Shown: piece by piece, positions 1 to 13,524 of the stretch
Numbering within the stretch: the stretch's first letter is position 1
How the letters are laid out: each line of letters starts with the position of its first letter
Assembly: GCF_009834535.1 (NCBI RefSeq)
Contig: NC_045698.1
Location: 12,464,001 to 12,528,000 of the forward strand
Length of the DNA: 64,000 nucleotides
From: Camelus ferus
Lineage: Eukaryota
Direction: 5' to 3'
Made by a program: the position numbers and the translations under genes
Notes under the pieces: generated by a model
What the model was told of the DNA's origin: nothing
Databases searched by the model: none
Seen by the model: only the letters and a program-made list of their open reading frames with translations

Positions 1-129
1 AAAAGCTTGTAATAACCTATAATGAAAAGAAATATGAAAAAAATACATATATATAAAATGAATCATTGTGCTGTATACTAGGAACTAACACAACATTGTA
101 AATCAACTATACTTCAGTTTTAAAAAAAA
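1..129 (+). mobile_element. L1 LINE 3' end fragment (artiodactyl-type) with A-tail
   Basis: '...tgctgtatactaggaactaacacaacattgtaaatcaactatacttcag' followed by an A run, typical of cetartiodactyl L1 3' termini. Confidence 0.8.
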
Positions 130-487
130 GGAGGAGGAGGAGGAGATAAAGACCATGTACCTGAAAATGGGCTGGTTGTATTTGACTGTTTCATTATTTT
201 GCATATTTCCACACAATTACGTATTGTGCATCATCTGTTTTAAAGTATCGCATGATGTAAGCATAAATTCCTGCTCCTGCCTTTGAGGGAGTCTTTGGAG
301 CCCTGAAACTCAGGGCAAGGAAGGAGTAGTGGCTAGAGACAGCCCGGCCTCTAGAGCCAGACTGCCTGGTTCACTGTCTCCAGTTCCACCACACACGGGT
401 TATGTGACCATGGGCCTCAGGTTCCCGGGTGCTGCCTTAGAAGATGGTTGGAGAGTTTCACTCCAGGGCACTGCTCAAAATACACAA

Positions 488-658
488 CCTCACTGTTCGA
501 CCCAGCAATTCCACCCCTGGGTATATTTCCAAAAAAACCCCCAAAACCCTAATTTGAAAAGACACATGCACTCCAATGTTCTTGGTAGCCTTATTTACCA
601 TAGCCAAGCTATGGAAGCAACCTAAGTGTCCATCAGTAGACAAATGGATAAAGATGTG

Positions 659-717
<59 letters not shown>

Positions 718-1160
718 ATGGAATATTACTCAGCCATAAAAAGAAGTAAATGTTGCCATTTGCAGCAACATAGATGGACTTGGAGGGCATTATGCTAAGT
801 GACATAGGTCAGACAGAGAAAGACAAATACTGTATGATATAATTTATAAGTGGAATCTAAAAAAATACACCAAACTAGTGAATGTAACAAAAAAAAGTAG
901 CAAACTCATAGATATAGAGAACAAACTAGTGGTTACCAGTGGGGAGAGGAAAGGGGGAGGTATAGGGGTGGTGGAGTGAGGTACAAACTGTTGGGTATAA
1001 GATAAGTTCAAGGATATATTGTACAACATGGGAAATAGAGCCATCATTTTATAATAACTATAAATGGATTATAACCATTAAAAATTGTGAATCACTTTAT
1101 CTTACACCTATAATTTATATAATATTATATATCAACTATACTTCAATACAAAAAAATAAA
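488..1160 (+). mobile_element. L1 LINE 3' end (ORF2 C-terminal region and 3' UTR)
   Basis: Hallmark L1 strings 'gacccagcaattccacccctgggtatat', 'atggaagcaacctaagtgtccatc', 'aatggaatattactcagccataaaaag'; ends 'atcaactatacttcaatacaaaaaaataaa'. Confidence 0.9.
663..710. repeat. (TA)n microsatellite inside L1
   Basis: Directly visible TA run. Confidence 0.95.
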
Positions 1161-1829
1161 TTATAGGTTCAAAATGAACAAGCAAAAAATACACAACCTC
1201 TGGTTGATGTTTCTCCCCCAAATGCATACCCTTTTCTATGGACCTTCCTGTTGACCTCCATCCAAAACCTTTCAATTGTGCTTCTGGAACCTCCTGGTTT
1301 TGCTGTTGCAAAGACTTTCTTTATATCTTCATGCCATTGTAGACTAATCTGTTGTCCTCCTGTAGGGACACTGTTTTACTTGAATAAGTGGGTTCTGCTC
1401 TCTCTCCTATAGTCTATAGTATCTTTTATCTGGAAGAGGGTGTCAACACTGTCCTCAATCCCCTTTCCTGTGCCTGGCTATTACTCCATTTCCCTCGGGT
1501 AGAAATCCTTTGTTTTGGGTCATGCCATCCACCTAATCCACCCTGTACCCCTGTGGATCACTGTCATCTATTGGTCTTCTGATCTTTCTCCCACATTATA
1601 GAACACCTTGGTACTTGGTTCATGGTCTTCTCTGGGTCACCATCTACGTATAGGGTCGATTTGACATCCATGTGGCTAACCTTGGACATGGTGACCTCTA
1701 AGGCTTCTTGGTCTCAGAATCAGTGCCTTTACCCCCAACTACATTTCAGCATCCCTCTTTCACTAGCACACCCTGTACCTTTTTACTGCCAAACAGTGTC
1801 ACTTCTGAAAACTCCAACAGCAATAGCCT

Positions 1830-2110
1830 AATGTTTTGGTTTGAATCTCCCAAGAAGTAAACCCTGAAGACAGATTCCAGTAAAAGTAGTTTATTGGGAG
1901 GTAATCCCAGCAGGGGAGAGGGGTGACTGAGACAAGGAGGAAAAGGAAGCAGAACATTCATTAGAGTTATCCTACCTGGAGGATAGGAGCTGGGCGGTGA
2001 TTCACCAATTCCCATCAGCCCTTGGCTAAGGGCTGCTTCTAGTGGACATTAACTGCTTGATGTTCTAGCCTGAAATGTACAGAACCAAAAGCAAGTAATA
2101 GTCTAGCCAG
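1830..2110. mobile_element. Old ERVL-class LTR fragment (LTR16/LTR33-like)
   Basis: 'cccaagaagtaaaccctgaagacagattccagtaaaagtagtttattgggaggtaatcccag' resembles LTR16-family ends; subfamily uncertain. Confidence 0.5.
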
Positions 2111-2849
2111 AGAAGGGGGCATAGATATAAGGATGAGAGCACCACTTCATCTACCAGTTCAGCTCTCTTGATGCTGCCTTTCCCCTAAACATGGCTCTTG
2201 TTGCTGTTGAGGTCCCTAATCCCTTGACTCATTCATTCCTGGCTGAATGATCAGCTTCCTGCTACCACAATTCCTTCCATATGGAGCCTGGGTCCCAAGG
2301 ACAATTTGAGCTGCTTTCTCTCCAGCCTCTCAACTTCATTGTCTCCTTGCTGTTGTTTTCTTCTTCTTTTTTCTTTTTCTTTTGCAACCACAATTTGGTA
2401 TTTCCCATCTAAGTTCAGCCTGTAATAGCAAGAAAGAATTGCCCGCCCAGGCACACTGGTGCCACCACAAATTAATGGAAGTCTGTCTCCCCAGTTCATT
2501 ATATTTACTTGTTCTAGGTCAGCCCTGTCTTTAATAACACTCAGCGGCTCGACTAAATTTTCCCTCTTTCCTCAAGGCATCTTCTCAGCCTTTATCCTTC
2601 TGGTTCTCCATTGCTGACTCAGCCAGCTTTCTTGGTCAAATGGTCCCTATTTACTACTTCCTTTTTCCTCTTCTCTCGCTCATTTCTCACCCTGCCTCCA
2701 TGTAATTTCTGGCTCCATGATCAAATTCTGTGTCAACTCAGTGGACATTTCTACTCCCATCTTTCTTCCTAGCAACATTCTTAGATATCTTCTAGAACAT
2801 TCTCATCTCTTATTTTTCATGCCACAAAATTATCTTCATTTTCTTCTAA

Positions 2850-3955
2850 TCTTTCTGGCCAGTTCTTCTTTCTCTGCACTGTCTCACCGTCTTCTATGCA
2901 TCCACTGAATGTCTGAGCTCCTCAGAATTCTGTCTGGGACCCTCGCCTTTCTTCTATGATCTTTCAATAAACAAGCTGACTCTAGTGATGCCGACACTTT
3001 ATATCTACAGATTAGACTTCTCCTTTGGGATCCAGACCCCTTTGTCTAGCAGTCTATCTTGAATGTCTCAAAGACACATTAAAATCAGTACATCTAGAAG
3101 TAAACTCATAATCGTTCCCCCAAACCCAGCCCACCTGCAGTGTACCTCATTTTAGCACCGACTGGAAATCCAAAACCTCAACACTCTGTCACCTTGTCTT
3201 ATGGAATTTCACTTCATACATATCTCTTGACATCAACTCTCAGTTTTTAACCACGCCCACCTTTTTTGAGCTATAGTCATTTCTTCCCAGGATTACAGAA
3301 ATGGGTCCATTTTATCCTCTCCTGACTCTTCTGTTCTCTGGGCTACAGCCAACATCAACTTTATGAAATGCAAATGTGATCTTGTTCCCACTGCCTCCAG
3401 TCCCTCTAAAACTTCCTCAATGGCTTCCCAGGACTTTGTGGACTGCCTTCCTGATGCGTCCTACAAGGCCCTGCCTGTTCTGGTCTGACTTCTGTCTCCA
3501 GCTTCAACCTTCCTCATGCTCTACCTCACTTTTTCTGCTCCAGCCACATTGCCTGTCTTTTCACTGTAGTTCTTCCAATACCCAACACTTTCACTGGACT
3601 TTTGTGGATGCTGAAATTTCCTTCTATTTTTTCTCTAGTTTACTCCAACTTGTGGATTGGAGTCATCTCTCTTTCTCAAGTGGCACGTCCTACTTGCGTT
3701 ATCCTAGCAAAGATGGCTTTTTTGATACCTTAGTAGGTCAATTTCTTTTGCTTTGAACTCTTACTGCACCATGCAAATCCTCACAGCATGTGTCACACTT
3801 GCAATTTTACATTTACTTGTTGGAATTTTGGGTTAATGCCTGCCACTCCATCAGACTGTAAACTCTAAGAGAACCAAGATTATGCTTGTGGTGCCAGGGT
3901 ACTTAGCAGCTGCTCAGAAAATCTTTATTGAAAAAATGGCAATTAATGAATGACT
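2850..3955 (+). mobile_element. Degenerate L2 LINE 3' region
   Basis: L2-like strings 'gaatgtctcaaagacacattaaaatcag', 'tgactgtaaactct...gtgccagggtacttagcagctgctcagaaaatctttattgaa...aatgaatga'. Confidence 0.65.
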
Positions 3956-4339
3956 GATTTCCTATTTTCTGGAGAAACTCAAGTTTCTAGATATGAGTGC
4001 CCTCATTTTCCAACCTACACCTGAGTGAGCTTGGATTTCCAGAAAGATCTCTGTTCTAGAAGAACCCTCTCAACTGTGCTCTTCATCACATGCCTTCCCT
4101 GATCTGGTCCCAGTGATTCCATCTTTCTCTTATTTCAGTCTTCCTTCTTGCCTATTTCTTGTCTCCTGCATCCATTTATATTTTCAAGCTTCAGCAGAAA
4201 AAAAAAATCCTCCTCCATCTTGCATTTTGTCTATTTTCCTTTACAAAGTCTTGCATTTTGTTTATTTTCCTTCACAAAGTTCATACAACAACCCACAGTA
4301 GCCATCTCCACTTCTTATTTCCACAAGCTTTCATCTTTT

Positions 4340-5130
4340 CTAATGACGTTGAAATCAAATACAGATCTTTTTCTTGAACTCCAGACCCAGAATACCAGCT
4401 GGTCATTCAATACCAGCATGCCTCAAGGGTTCTTCTAACTCAACTTATTTCAATCCTTTCAGAACTGCTTTTCCCCTAATCTTTTAGAACTGGTAAAAAG
4501 TACTATCCTTTACTCAGTTATCAAGGTTAGGGTTCTGATGTTTATCCTAATCTCCTTCATTTTGCTCTCTATCCGAATTAGGCAATATGGCTTGTCTACT
4601 GCATCTCTTACGTGTTTTTGGAATCTCTGCATTAATCAGTATTGATACTCATCTGTAGATCATGGACTATGATGAGAGCTTCCAAAAGGTCTCGCGGGTC
4701 AGCCCAGCCCCAGTCAGGCATTTACACTGCTATGGAGATCTTTCTGAGGCACAAGTCTGATCCTGTGTAACCGCCTCCCCCCAGGCTGCTCACACTCTCA
4801 AATGTTTTGGCGTAGCATGCAGGTCCCCACAGGATTGTATCTTCGGCTTCACCTCCAGCTGTGCCTCCCCTTATCCCCTCAGCTCTAGATGTTCCCCAGT
4901 CCTTGCTAATCTTGTAATACTAGGGAGTTGCACTGTTTTACTTTTCAATGCCTTTTTACACACTTCTCCCTACAACACCATCCCCAGACCTTTGGAAGAA
5001 TGGAGAATCCCTACTTATGCCTCAAAGTCCAGGTCAACGACTGCTTGTTTTGAACACCTTTCCCTGAATCTTCCCAAATAGAGTTGAGCAGTCTCTCTAC
5101 TGTACCTCCAATGTACCATATTACAGTCCG
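4340..5130 (+). mobile_element. Degenerate L2 LINE fragment
   Basis: 'ttcttgaactccagacc', 'gatctttctgaggcacaagtctgatc', 'cctacttatgcctcaaagtccaggtcaa' resemble L2 3' region. Confidence 0.5.
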
Positions 5131-5896
5131 TGAGAAATCATGTCAGCAGAGTTGCTGCATAAGGTTGTTCAGGTGGCAGACTGCACAACTTGAGGAAACT
5201 TGTTCACAGAAGGGTGCACAATGGGCACAGTGTGCTACATCATGGCATTATTTTTGAGCTGTTTTCCTATTCTTTGTTCTTAAGAATCGCAGGAATGGAG
5301 AAGAAGGCTAAAAAGAAGATGAAGACTGTAATGTGTCAAATTTACATGTGCAAGATTGCTGCATTAATTCAAGAGGAATGAAGGAAAAGACATGGGGACA
5401 GGTTGGGTCAGGATGCTAATGTGTCTAAGGCAGGAGGTGAGGAGAGAAGTTTTGTGGTGCTTTGATGTACCACACTCCAGTGGCAAATTATGCAGGGGGT
5501 ATGACAAGAAGGAGCTGGCTTAGGGTAGTGATGTTCTTGCAAGACACCAGAGCAGGAAGGACAGAAACAGACTATTTAAAAATGACTGAAACACAATTGG
5601 CTACTGAAAGAGGAGTTGATGACTGGTGTTGGCAGTGGGGATCCCTCAGATAAATCTCCAAGGGCTGCTTAAGTACACAGTCATGGACAGACAGGGGCAA
5701 TCAGTGCTGGAGCTTATGTGGTCACTGGCTTCTACGTCTGCCCTTCCCTATTCCCAATAGATGGAGAGCTTCGCTAAGCCAGGCATTGAATCTTTTGATT
5801 TTAAATCACCAGTATCTTAGGTGGTCCATGATGGGTCCTCCCACACCCATCCCAGCCAGAGGAGCAAAAGAGAAGGAAGGTTTATGGACTTTGACA

Positions 5897-6110
5897 ATAA
5901 TAGTAATAATAATAATAATAATAATAATAGTAATAGTCAACACTCATATAGTGTTCATTATGTGCCCTGCACTTTTCTAAGTACTTTCTATATATTAACT
6001 CATTGTATCTTTGTTTGTAGGTATCAGAATTCCCATTTTACGGATGAGGAAACTGATGCTGAGAGATGTTAAGTAACCTGCCCAACGTCACACAGCTAGT
6101 GAGGAGTGGA
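5897..6110 (-). mobile_element. MIR SINE with flanking (AAT)n tract
   Basis: MIR core 'cccattttacggatgaggaaactgatgctgagagatgttaagtaacctgcccaacgtcacacagctagt'; AAT repeat ~5897-5936. Confidence 0.85.
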
Positions 6111-6870
6111 GCCTCTTTCATCTCCCCCTTGATGGCAATTTTAACCTGAAGAGAGGGTGAGGATTTTCAGTGAGGCGTCTGTGCCACCTCATGCTTTGCA
6201 CCCCTGCAATCTCTTTGCTTTTTGTCTTATTTCTCTTTTGTCTTTCATCCTTAGGAACCCCTATGTGTTAGTAGAGACAATTACGGGCTTTCATGCACAT
6301 TCTTTTTTCTCTTTATGGTCCCGGTGGTCGAGTCAGTGGGCAGACAGGTTGAAATTCATGTTCCAGGGAAACAGTCCACTCATGTCCCCAGGGACACACT
6401 ACCTGTTCCCTTGGGCTGGCTTTCCTTTAAATGGGGAAGGGGCGGATTAGGGAGAATTTCTCCCAACATTTTACCCACTCATCTTTCTGTTTTGGTACTG
6501 TTCCCGGGGAATGGAGGCTACCAGCTACCTTCCCACCTTTGTAAACACACAGGTTTTTTCTGGGTAAAACTTTTCAAGGATTTAACATGGGTTTCCCCTC
6601 CTCGTCTGCTTAAGAACAGTTGATACAATTTCTTTTTCTCTGGCTTGTTTTTCCTTATTGTCTTCATTGGCTCTTGTGAATTGAGCAATTTTGTAATTTG
6701 GTTACACTTTGTCAAATAATTGTATGTCCTTCAGAAACATTTATGATTTCATTTTCTTTGTTATTTAGCTGTATTTCTGTAGCCTGTGGAGAGATTGGAG
6801 ATGCAGCTTTATAATACAGTCTGTAAGTCTGAAGTTTTCTGGCAAAAGGTTAAAAAAAAAATTCACACCT

Positions 6871-7005
6871 GGGGAGGAGGGTGTAGCTCAGAGGTAGAGT
6901 GTGTGTCTACCATGCATGAGGTTCTGGGTTCAATCCCCAGTATCTCCATTAAAAAAATACATAAATAAACCTATCTACCTACCTCCCCCCGCCCCCCCCC
7001 CCCGC
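6871..7005 (+). mobile_element. tRNA-derived SINE (camelid Vic-1-like) with target-site duplication
   Basis: A box 'tagctcagaggtagag', B box 'gggttcaatcccc', tail 'aataaacctatctacctacctcccc'; direct repeat 'aaattcacacct' at 6859-6870 and 7006-7017. Confidence 0.85.
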
Positions 7006-7080
7006 AAATTCACACCTGGCTTGCATTTGATAAGGATTCCACTTGTTGCATTATTTTCTTTGGATCTAATGGAATTTTAA

Positions 7081-7172
7081 ATATATATATATATGTGTGT
7101 GTGTACACACACACACACACACACATATATACACACATACATATATATGTATGTATATATATAAAATATATA
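7081..7172. repeat. Compound (AT)n(GT)n(AC)n microsatellite
   Basis: Directly visible. Confidence 0.9.
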
Positions 7173-7347
7173 TGGGTATTTTTGTGTTGGGCATATTAAT
7201 AAGAGATTTGATTTTTAATTCTAGCTCTAAAGGAGAAAATGGGCATTGTGTTTAATATGCACTGTATCAACTACAGTGGACAGATTCCAAGTTATTCCTT
7301 GAGTTGGATCTTAAAAAATATTTAGTTTAAAATCACCTCTTTCCACC

Positions 7348-7363
7348 TGCGCCCCCTAGTGTT
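7348..7363 (-). promoter_or_regulatory. Candidate CTCF site
   Basis: Reverse complement reads AACACTAGGGGGCGCA, close to the CTCF core CCACYAGRGGGCGC. Confidence 0.55.
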
Positions 7364-7859
7364 TGCTAATTATGTCGTTGGTTGGCCTCAGAGTCTGCAA
7401 ATGCTGGTCTATGCTATTTCTCTTACAGGATTTGTCTTCTTGAAGGCATTCAGGGTTCTTAGGTTTCCTCTTGCCTAAAAGTAGAACAATGTGTCCTTAT
7501 AACCATTTAGTCCACACTTATATGTTAAGGACAAAAAGTCCATGGATTTCTGCCCCTAATTCTCTCTAAATTAGGTTTGGTTTGGTTTTTAAATGGCGTC
7601 AAAATGATGCATGGTGGGAAAGCCTCATTTTCAGAATTGGGACTTGGTACATTTCCAGTGGTGGTAGTAGAACTCTCTTTTGTATAGAATTGAGGAGAAA
7701 TAGTTTTCTAGGATTAAGTCACGTCCTTTTCGGAAGTGGGACCACGGATTAGGTGTGGCTGGGTTTCAAATAGAGGATATTCCAGTTACTTGATTCTATA
7801 AATCACTTGTACTTGACAGGCCACATGTCCAAATTTGCAGTTAGGAAAATTTGATCCTT

Positions 7860-8267
7860 GGATTCATTCTCTAGGATGGCCATAACACAATACCACGGAC
7901 TGGGGGGCTTAAACCACAGAACTTGATTTTCTCACAGATCTGGAGGCTAGAAGTCCAAGGCCAAGGCGCTGGTAGGGCTGGTTTCTTCTGAGGCTTCTCT
8001 CCCTGGCCTGCAGACGGCCACCTTTGGGCTGTGTCTTCACGTGGTCTTTGCTCCGTGTTCACGCAAATTTGGATCTGAATTTCCTCTTCTTATAAGGACA
8101 GAGGTAAGATTGGATTAGGGTCCACCCATACGACCTTGTGTTACCTTCATTACCTCTTTAATGGCCCTATCTCCCCAAACCATCTTATCCTCAAGTACTG
8201 GCAGTTAGGACTTCAACGTATGAATTTGGGGGTTTGAGGGGGCAGGAACACAATTCAGCCCATGACA
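7860..8267 (-). mobile_element. MLT1 (MaLR) solo LTR, MLT1A/B-like
   Basis: 'ttctcacagatctggaggctagaagtccaag', 'tcctcttcttataaggaca', terminus 'caattcagcccatgaca'. Confidence 0.88.
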
Positions 8268-9365
8268 GTCCCTACAGGACTGGTCATCTTCTGGCCCTGG
8301 TAGGTACCTGGGACCCGAACTTCTTCAGGATGTTTATTACTACACTGAAGAATGATGGGTATCTCAAGGGAGTGGCACACTGCTTGATACCATAAAAGAA
8401 TGTTTTAATCCCAGGAAAAAAGTTTAATAATGTAAATATAATGCTATAATATACTCTTATAATATAATAAATTTAAGAACCTGGAGTGCCTTTAGATAAT
8501 AAATCGCTTAGGTTAGCAATCGCAGAATCTTAGGCCACCAACTATGATAACCTCTCAGTACTTATTAGAAGCTGTAAAGTAGTGTATTAATATTCTTCCA
8601 TTACCTCTTGTGAAGCAGGCACCTTGCTCTGCTGGGAGAAAATGAATGCCTTATCCTCCTGTCCTTGTGGAGTTCCTAGTTTAGGCTCTCAAAGATTGCA
8701 GACACCATGGGGTCACATATCTGAGTAAAGCAGATCTCAGCTGGGCTAGCCTCCCTGCCCTTCTTAGATCTGGTTCAGATCTGCTCAAACTCCCCACCTA
8801 CCAGGAAGTTGAGCCCTGTTGCCAAAACTTCTCTCCATCCCTGGTGTCACACTCCCCGTCACCTCTGCTTTCAGGGTCCAGCTTCTGCTGAATTTGTGTT
8901 CTCCTCTCTGCGTCTTGCAGCTGTTCTTTTATCTTTTCCTTGGAATCAACCCAAACATGGGCCATAACCTTGGATTATTTGCTCCTTCCATTAAAATGCA
9001 ATATACGATGCAGCTGTGTGCAGTAGATTTCTGTTGGTGACTTGATGACAAGGAAGGTTGCATTGCAGGGCCAGAGAGCAATTAATTTAAAACTGAATAA
9101 TCGACTCCCCTGGTCTGCAAAACATTTCTTGGGCATTTCCACCAACTCTAATTCCATTCCTCCACTGTTCTGGTGAGATCTCTTTCTGTTCTCTGCCTCC
9201 CTTCTCTCCTTCCCCACCTGCCTTTCCTGCCCCCCACCCCCTGCATCCATCTAATTCTCTTCCACTAAATAAGCAAAGCTGTTGAACTATCTTCCTATAG
9301 TTTGCTTCCAAATTACACTCTCAGGGCCTCATCTTCTACCCTAAGAATATTTATTTTCCTTCCTT

Positions 9366-9367
9366 CT

Positions 9368-9426
<59 letters not shown>

Positions 9427-9484
9427 AAGTATAGTTGCTTTACAATGTTGTGCTAGTTTCAGGTGTACAGCAAAGTGATTCAGT

Positions 9485-9531
<47 letters not shown>

Positions 9532-9630
9532 TTCTATTTCAGATTCTTTCCCATTACAGGTTATTACAAGATGTTGAATATAGATTTCCCTGTACTATAC
9601 AGGAGGTCCTTGCTGTTTATCTATTTTACA
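9366..9630 (-). mobile_element. L1 3' end fragment whose tail became (TTTC)n; internal (ATATAC)n
   Basis: (TTTC)n 9366-9426 then 'aagtatagttgctttacaatgttgtgctagtttcaggtgtacagcaaagtgattcag', the reverse of the same L1 end seen at 1-129. Confidence 0.88.
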
Positions 9631-9871
9631 TATTCAATTCTATTAAATTTGGGAGAAGTTGGTTGAAATCATGTGAATGATGGGGAATAGTGAAGGTCTT
9701 GGTGTATATGTTGGGATTACCTTTTGGATTTACAGTTTATAGTTATAGCCAGTTGGAACCAGTTAGAAGATGCATGGGCCCACGTCCCATCTGTCAAACA
9801 GCAGGACTCACCTGACTCTCCAGGATTTAAAATTTCTTAAAAGAGGCACGTACTATTATGATTATTTGTAT

Positions 9872-10160
9872 ATATATTTAGTTGAGATATAATTGACATA
9901 CACCATTGTATCAGTTTAACATAATGATTTTAGTATACGTGTAAATTGCAAAGTGATGACCACAATTAGTTTAATTAACATCCATCACCACACATAGTTA
10001 CAAAAAATTTTCCCTATGTTGAAAACTTTTAAGATTACTCTTCTAGCAACTTTCAAATGTACAATACAGGACCATTAACGACAGTCACCATGCTGTCCAC
10101 TACATCCCCAGGACTTACTTAATCTCATAACTGGAAGTTCCTACCTCTTGGCCACCTTCA
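9872..10160 (-). mobile_element. L1 (L1MA9-like) 3' end fragment
   Basis: 'ttgagatataattgacata', 'ctagcaactttcaaatgtacaatac', 'cataactggaagtt'. Confidence 0.8.
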
Positions 10161-12332
10161 GTGAAAGGGAACTTCTTAATCATCCTGAAAAGTTGTAGTT
10201 CAGACTTCTGGCCAATCAAACCTCAGGGGTGTTCTCAACTGGAAAACAACTTGGCATCTGGCAGTCAGGAACTGCCACCTCTTCTGTCTTAACTCCTTTG
10301 CTGCCCAAAGTTCAGCAGGGCTGGAGCAGAGGGCTGGGGTGGGGGGAGATGAGGGTGAAGATGGGGACGTGTGGGGTCTGCTTATCTGAGTAGATACCTG
10401 TTTATCTTTAGAGCCAGATCTGAGGCTACAGGGAGCCAAAAAGGAAATCCAGAACGGCTTTCGGTTTATTTTAAAGTAAAAGCTAAGGACCATAAAATCG
10501 CAGGACTTCAGAAAGGGTCTTAATTACGATCTGACATCATTTCGGAAAGTTTGCTCTGGTGTCTGTTTTGAGCATTGGTCTCACAAGTTGCAGAGGAGGC
10601 TTGTACACTGAAAAGTATGCGAGAAAATATTAGAAGAAAATTGGCTGCAGATGTACACTCTTTTATTTGAAAAAAGAAGACACTAAATTCTACTGCTATT
10701 TAATGCACTACTTCAGAGTGGCATGTGTGTATAACTTGTAAGTAAGTGCTCACAGATTGGGAATGCCTGCTTAGAACTGTTTTCCTGAAAGGAACACAAT
10801 GATGGCCTTCTGCTCTTACTTTAAAATACCACCCCCCCCCCACCAGATTTCCCTTTTTGTCCATCATGGGGTAGAAAAGAGGAGGAGCTGAAACCGCTGG
10901 GATAAAGAGGACGTGGCAAATGGAAATGGTACTCAGGATTTGGTGATTGATGATTTGTGAGTGAATCTTTGATAAAACCCTTGCCCCTTAGTGAAGAATG
11001 TGTTGCCTTTCTAGCACTTCCACAGAACTGCCCTCGAGTCTGTGACAACATGTAATCTACCTGCTTAGCAGTCCTTTTCCTCCTGGTCTTTTGGAGATGC
11101 ATTCCTAGCAATTTAGAGGGTGCTAAATTAATGTTGCAATGTGACCGTGACGTTAAACGTTTTAATCCCTGGAAGAGACTCACATTTTTGAAAAAGACAG
11201 CATTTCATATAATGGTAGGCACTCTTAGCCTTTTGCTTCAAGAATGAAATAAGAATGCCCTCGGCTGCGCTGTGGAATTAGGGACGTTAAGGCTGGCGTC
11301 ATGATTCTGCATTACAGGTTGGAAATTACTGGAGTGAGTTGTTGAAATTTACATGGTGATTAAGGACACTATTAAACCCTCACAGTTTACAAACTGCAAG
11401 CCTGAGTCCAAATTAATCATAAAACTTATTTTTTTCCTTACGAAATATTCAGTCAAAATTAGCCATAAAAGTTATTCTCAAAGCATTTCCTTTTGGATAC
11501 GTAAGGAATGCTGACTATTCAACAAACAGTAGTTGCATAAAGAAGATTTTTGGTCCCATGATCTGGCTCAAGCTTTGCAGGAATAGCTGCTTATCTCATG
11601 AATGGAATTTCCTGTTAATATTCTTGCAGGCTAATTGTTCATCAGAAGTATAACAAATGTCAACAAATATCACAAATGTGTTACGTCTTAATATTTAAGA
11701 GACAGCAGAAATAGTTCAGATGTTTAAGTTTGTTGTGCTTAAAAGGCACAACTTTTGTTTTAGCTTTTGTCACAAACTGCTCTTGACGGGATTAATGCTA
11801 TTCAGAGAAACCATTTGGTTTAAATGCCCCTTTCTTTTAATTTACAGCAACATATGGCTTAAGATAAGACAGGCTAAGGGAAGAAACAGAATTGTAACTT
11901 CAAACATCGTTATTATAAAGCACCTAGTTTTAAAGGGATTTCATACAGTTTTCATTCCAACTGCATATGGAAATAAATTTTCTTAGAATGAAAACACTTC
12001 AAATGGACTCTTAAATTCTTTGGCAGCAACCACAAAGACATCTACTTTTTAATGTGAGATGTAAGCTGCTTAGGTTGGAGGTCCTGGCTGTAGGAAGTAA
12101 CATCACCTGATACGAGGATTCAAGTCACAAGCGGAAATTGAGTGTCGGTAGGAACTTCCCGGAACACAAGACAACAGATTTTTAAAAAGCATTTCCAGGT
12201 TTTTTTCCCTCTACGAGTAAAATTAGTATTCTGCACTAAGGAGCTGTTTCAGGAAGGCATTGAGGCGGAAATCTTGGCACAACAGTGTCCTTCAGACTTA
12301 GTCCTGCCCCATTTTTAATTCTTTAGTCCTAA

Positions 12333-12890
12333 TGATACAGGAAAAAATGTGGGGCGAGAGGATGGCCATACCCCAGGTCTGCGCTGAGTCCCTGGGACAC
12401 ACCCTGCCAAGTGAGGGTCCTTGGCTTCGCACAGGAAAGAATTCAAGAGTGAGCCACGGTTGAGTAAAAGTAGATTTATTCAGAGAGATACGTTTTCCGC
12501 TGGACAGAGTGCGGCTGTTTCACTTGGAAGAGAGGCTGTGAGGTGCGGGAGCTGTCAGTTTTATGGTCTCGGAAGCTTCATATGTTAACAAGTGGGAGGA
12601 TTATTCCCATTACTTTGAGGAAAGGGTGGGGATTCCCAGGAATTGGACCACTGCCTACTTTTTGACCATTTATGGTCAGCCTCAGCACTGTCATGGCACC
12701 TGTGGGAGTGCCATTGAGCAGCTAATATATTACAGTGAACGTATAATGAAGCTCAATGTCTACCAGAAGTCAAATCTCCCGCCATCTTGGGCCTCAGGGC
12801 CTATTGAGAGCTGAATCTTCTACTATCTTGGTGTTAACTGCTGTGTCATTCCTTGAATGGCTGTGCCTTGCCCCCTTCCTCCCTGTCTCA
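12333..12890 (-). mobile_element. ERV1-class solo LTR with 4-bp TSD
   Basis: Termini TGATACA...TGTCTCA (TG...CA), flanked by CTAA at 12329-12332 and 12891-12894; minus-strand AATAAA at 12475-12480; 'ccttggcttcgcacaggaaagaattcaagagtgagcca' is typical of MER4-group LTRs. Confidence 0.85.
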
Positions 12891-13524
12891 CTAACACACT
12901 CGGAGTGCCCAAGAGCTAGACATGAGCTCCAGGTCTGTTTCCATTCTCTTCCAGATGGTATCAAACTCTGTTCCTCTTTCAGGCATAAATGAAAACGGAG
13001 GCAGGCTTCTGAAAGCCAGAGCTGTCTCTCATCTTGTCAGCATCTTCTCCTGGAGAGGGGAGGTCACACCTTCACGGGCACTGGGGTTACCAGGAGGGAG
13101 ATTGAATTACTCCCACCTCTGCTGTCTTGTCTGTTCCTGTACATTGGCAGCTGTTAACTCTTCTCATGGCCACTTGTGTTTAGTTCTGAGAACCTCCACG
13201 TCCATGACAATCAGCACCTCCACACTGCCACCAACCTCCCCTCACCCTTCGAAGAAGACTTGGCAAAGGACTGAACACACAGGATGGGACTGCCTGTGAT
13301 CAGTGCTCTCTGTTTATATGTAGTGTTTTTATAGTTCTGTAGAACTCAATTTTCTGCATTAATAACAAACTCTTGTAAGTAAGCCACATAACAATATTGT
13401 ATATTCATGAATTTAGCAGACATTGAGTGAGCATCCCTTCCCACGTGCTCTGCTGTAAGTGAGGCATACAGGGATGAGTAAGACTTTTTCTGCCTCCGAG
13501 ATACGTGAAATAAGAAAATGACAT

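Noticed and set aside
458..805. 115-aa ORF and similar YIYI/HTHT/CVCV ORFs at ~9.4, 26.6-27.1 and 32.1 kb
   Set aside because: Read through L1/LTR remnants and dinucleotide microsatellites.
6871..6950. tRNA gene
   Set aside because: A and B boxes are present, but the SINE tail, TSD and two related copies show it is a tRNA-derived SINE.
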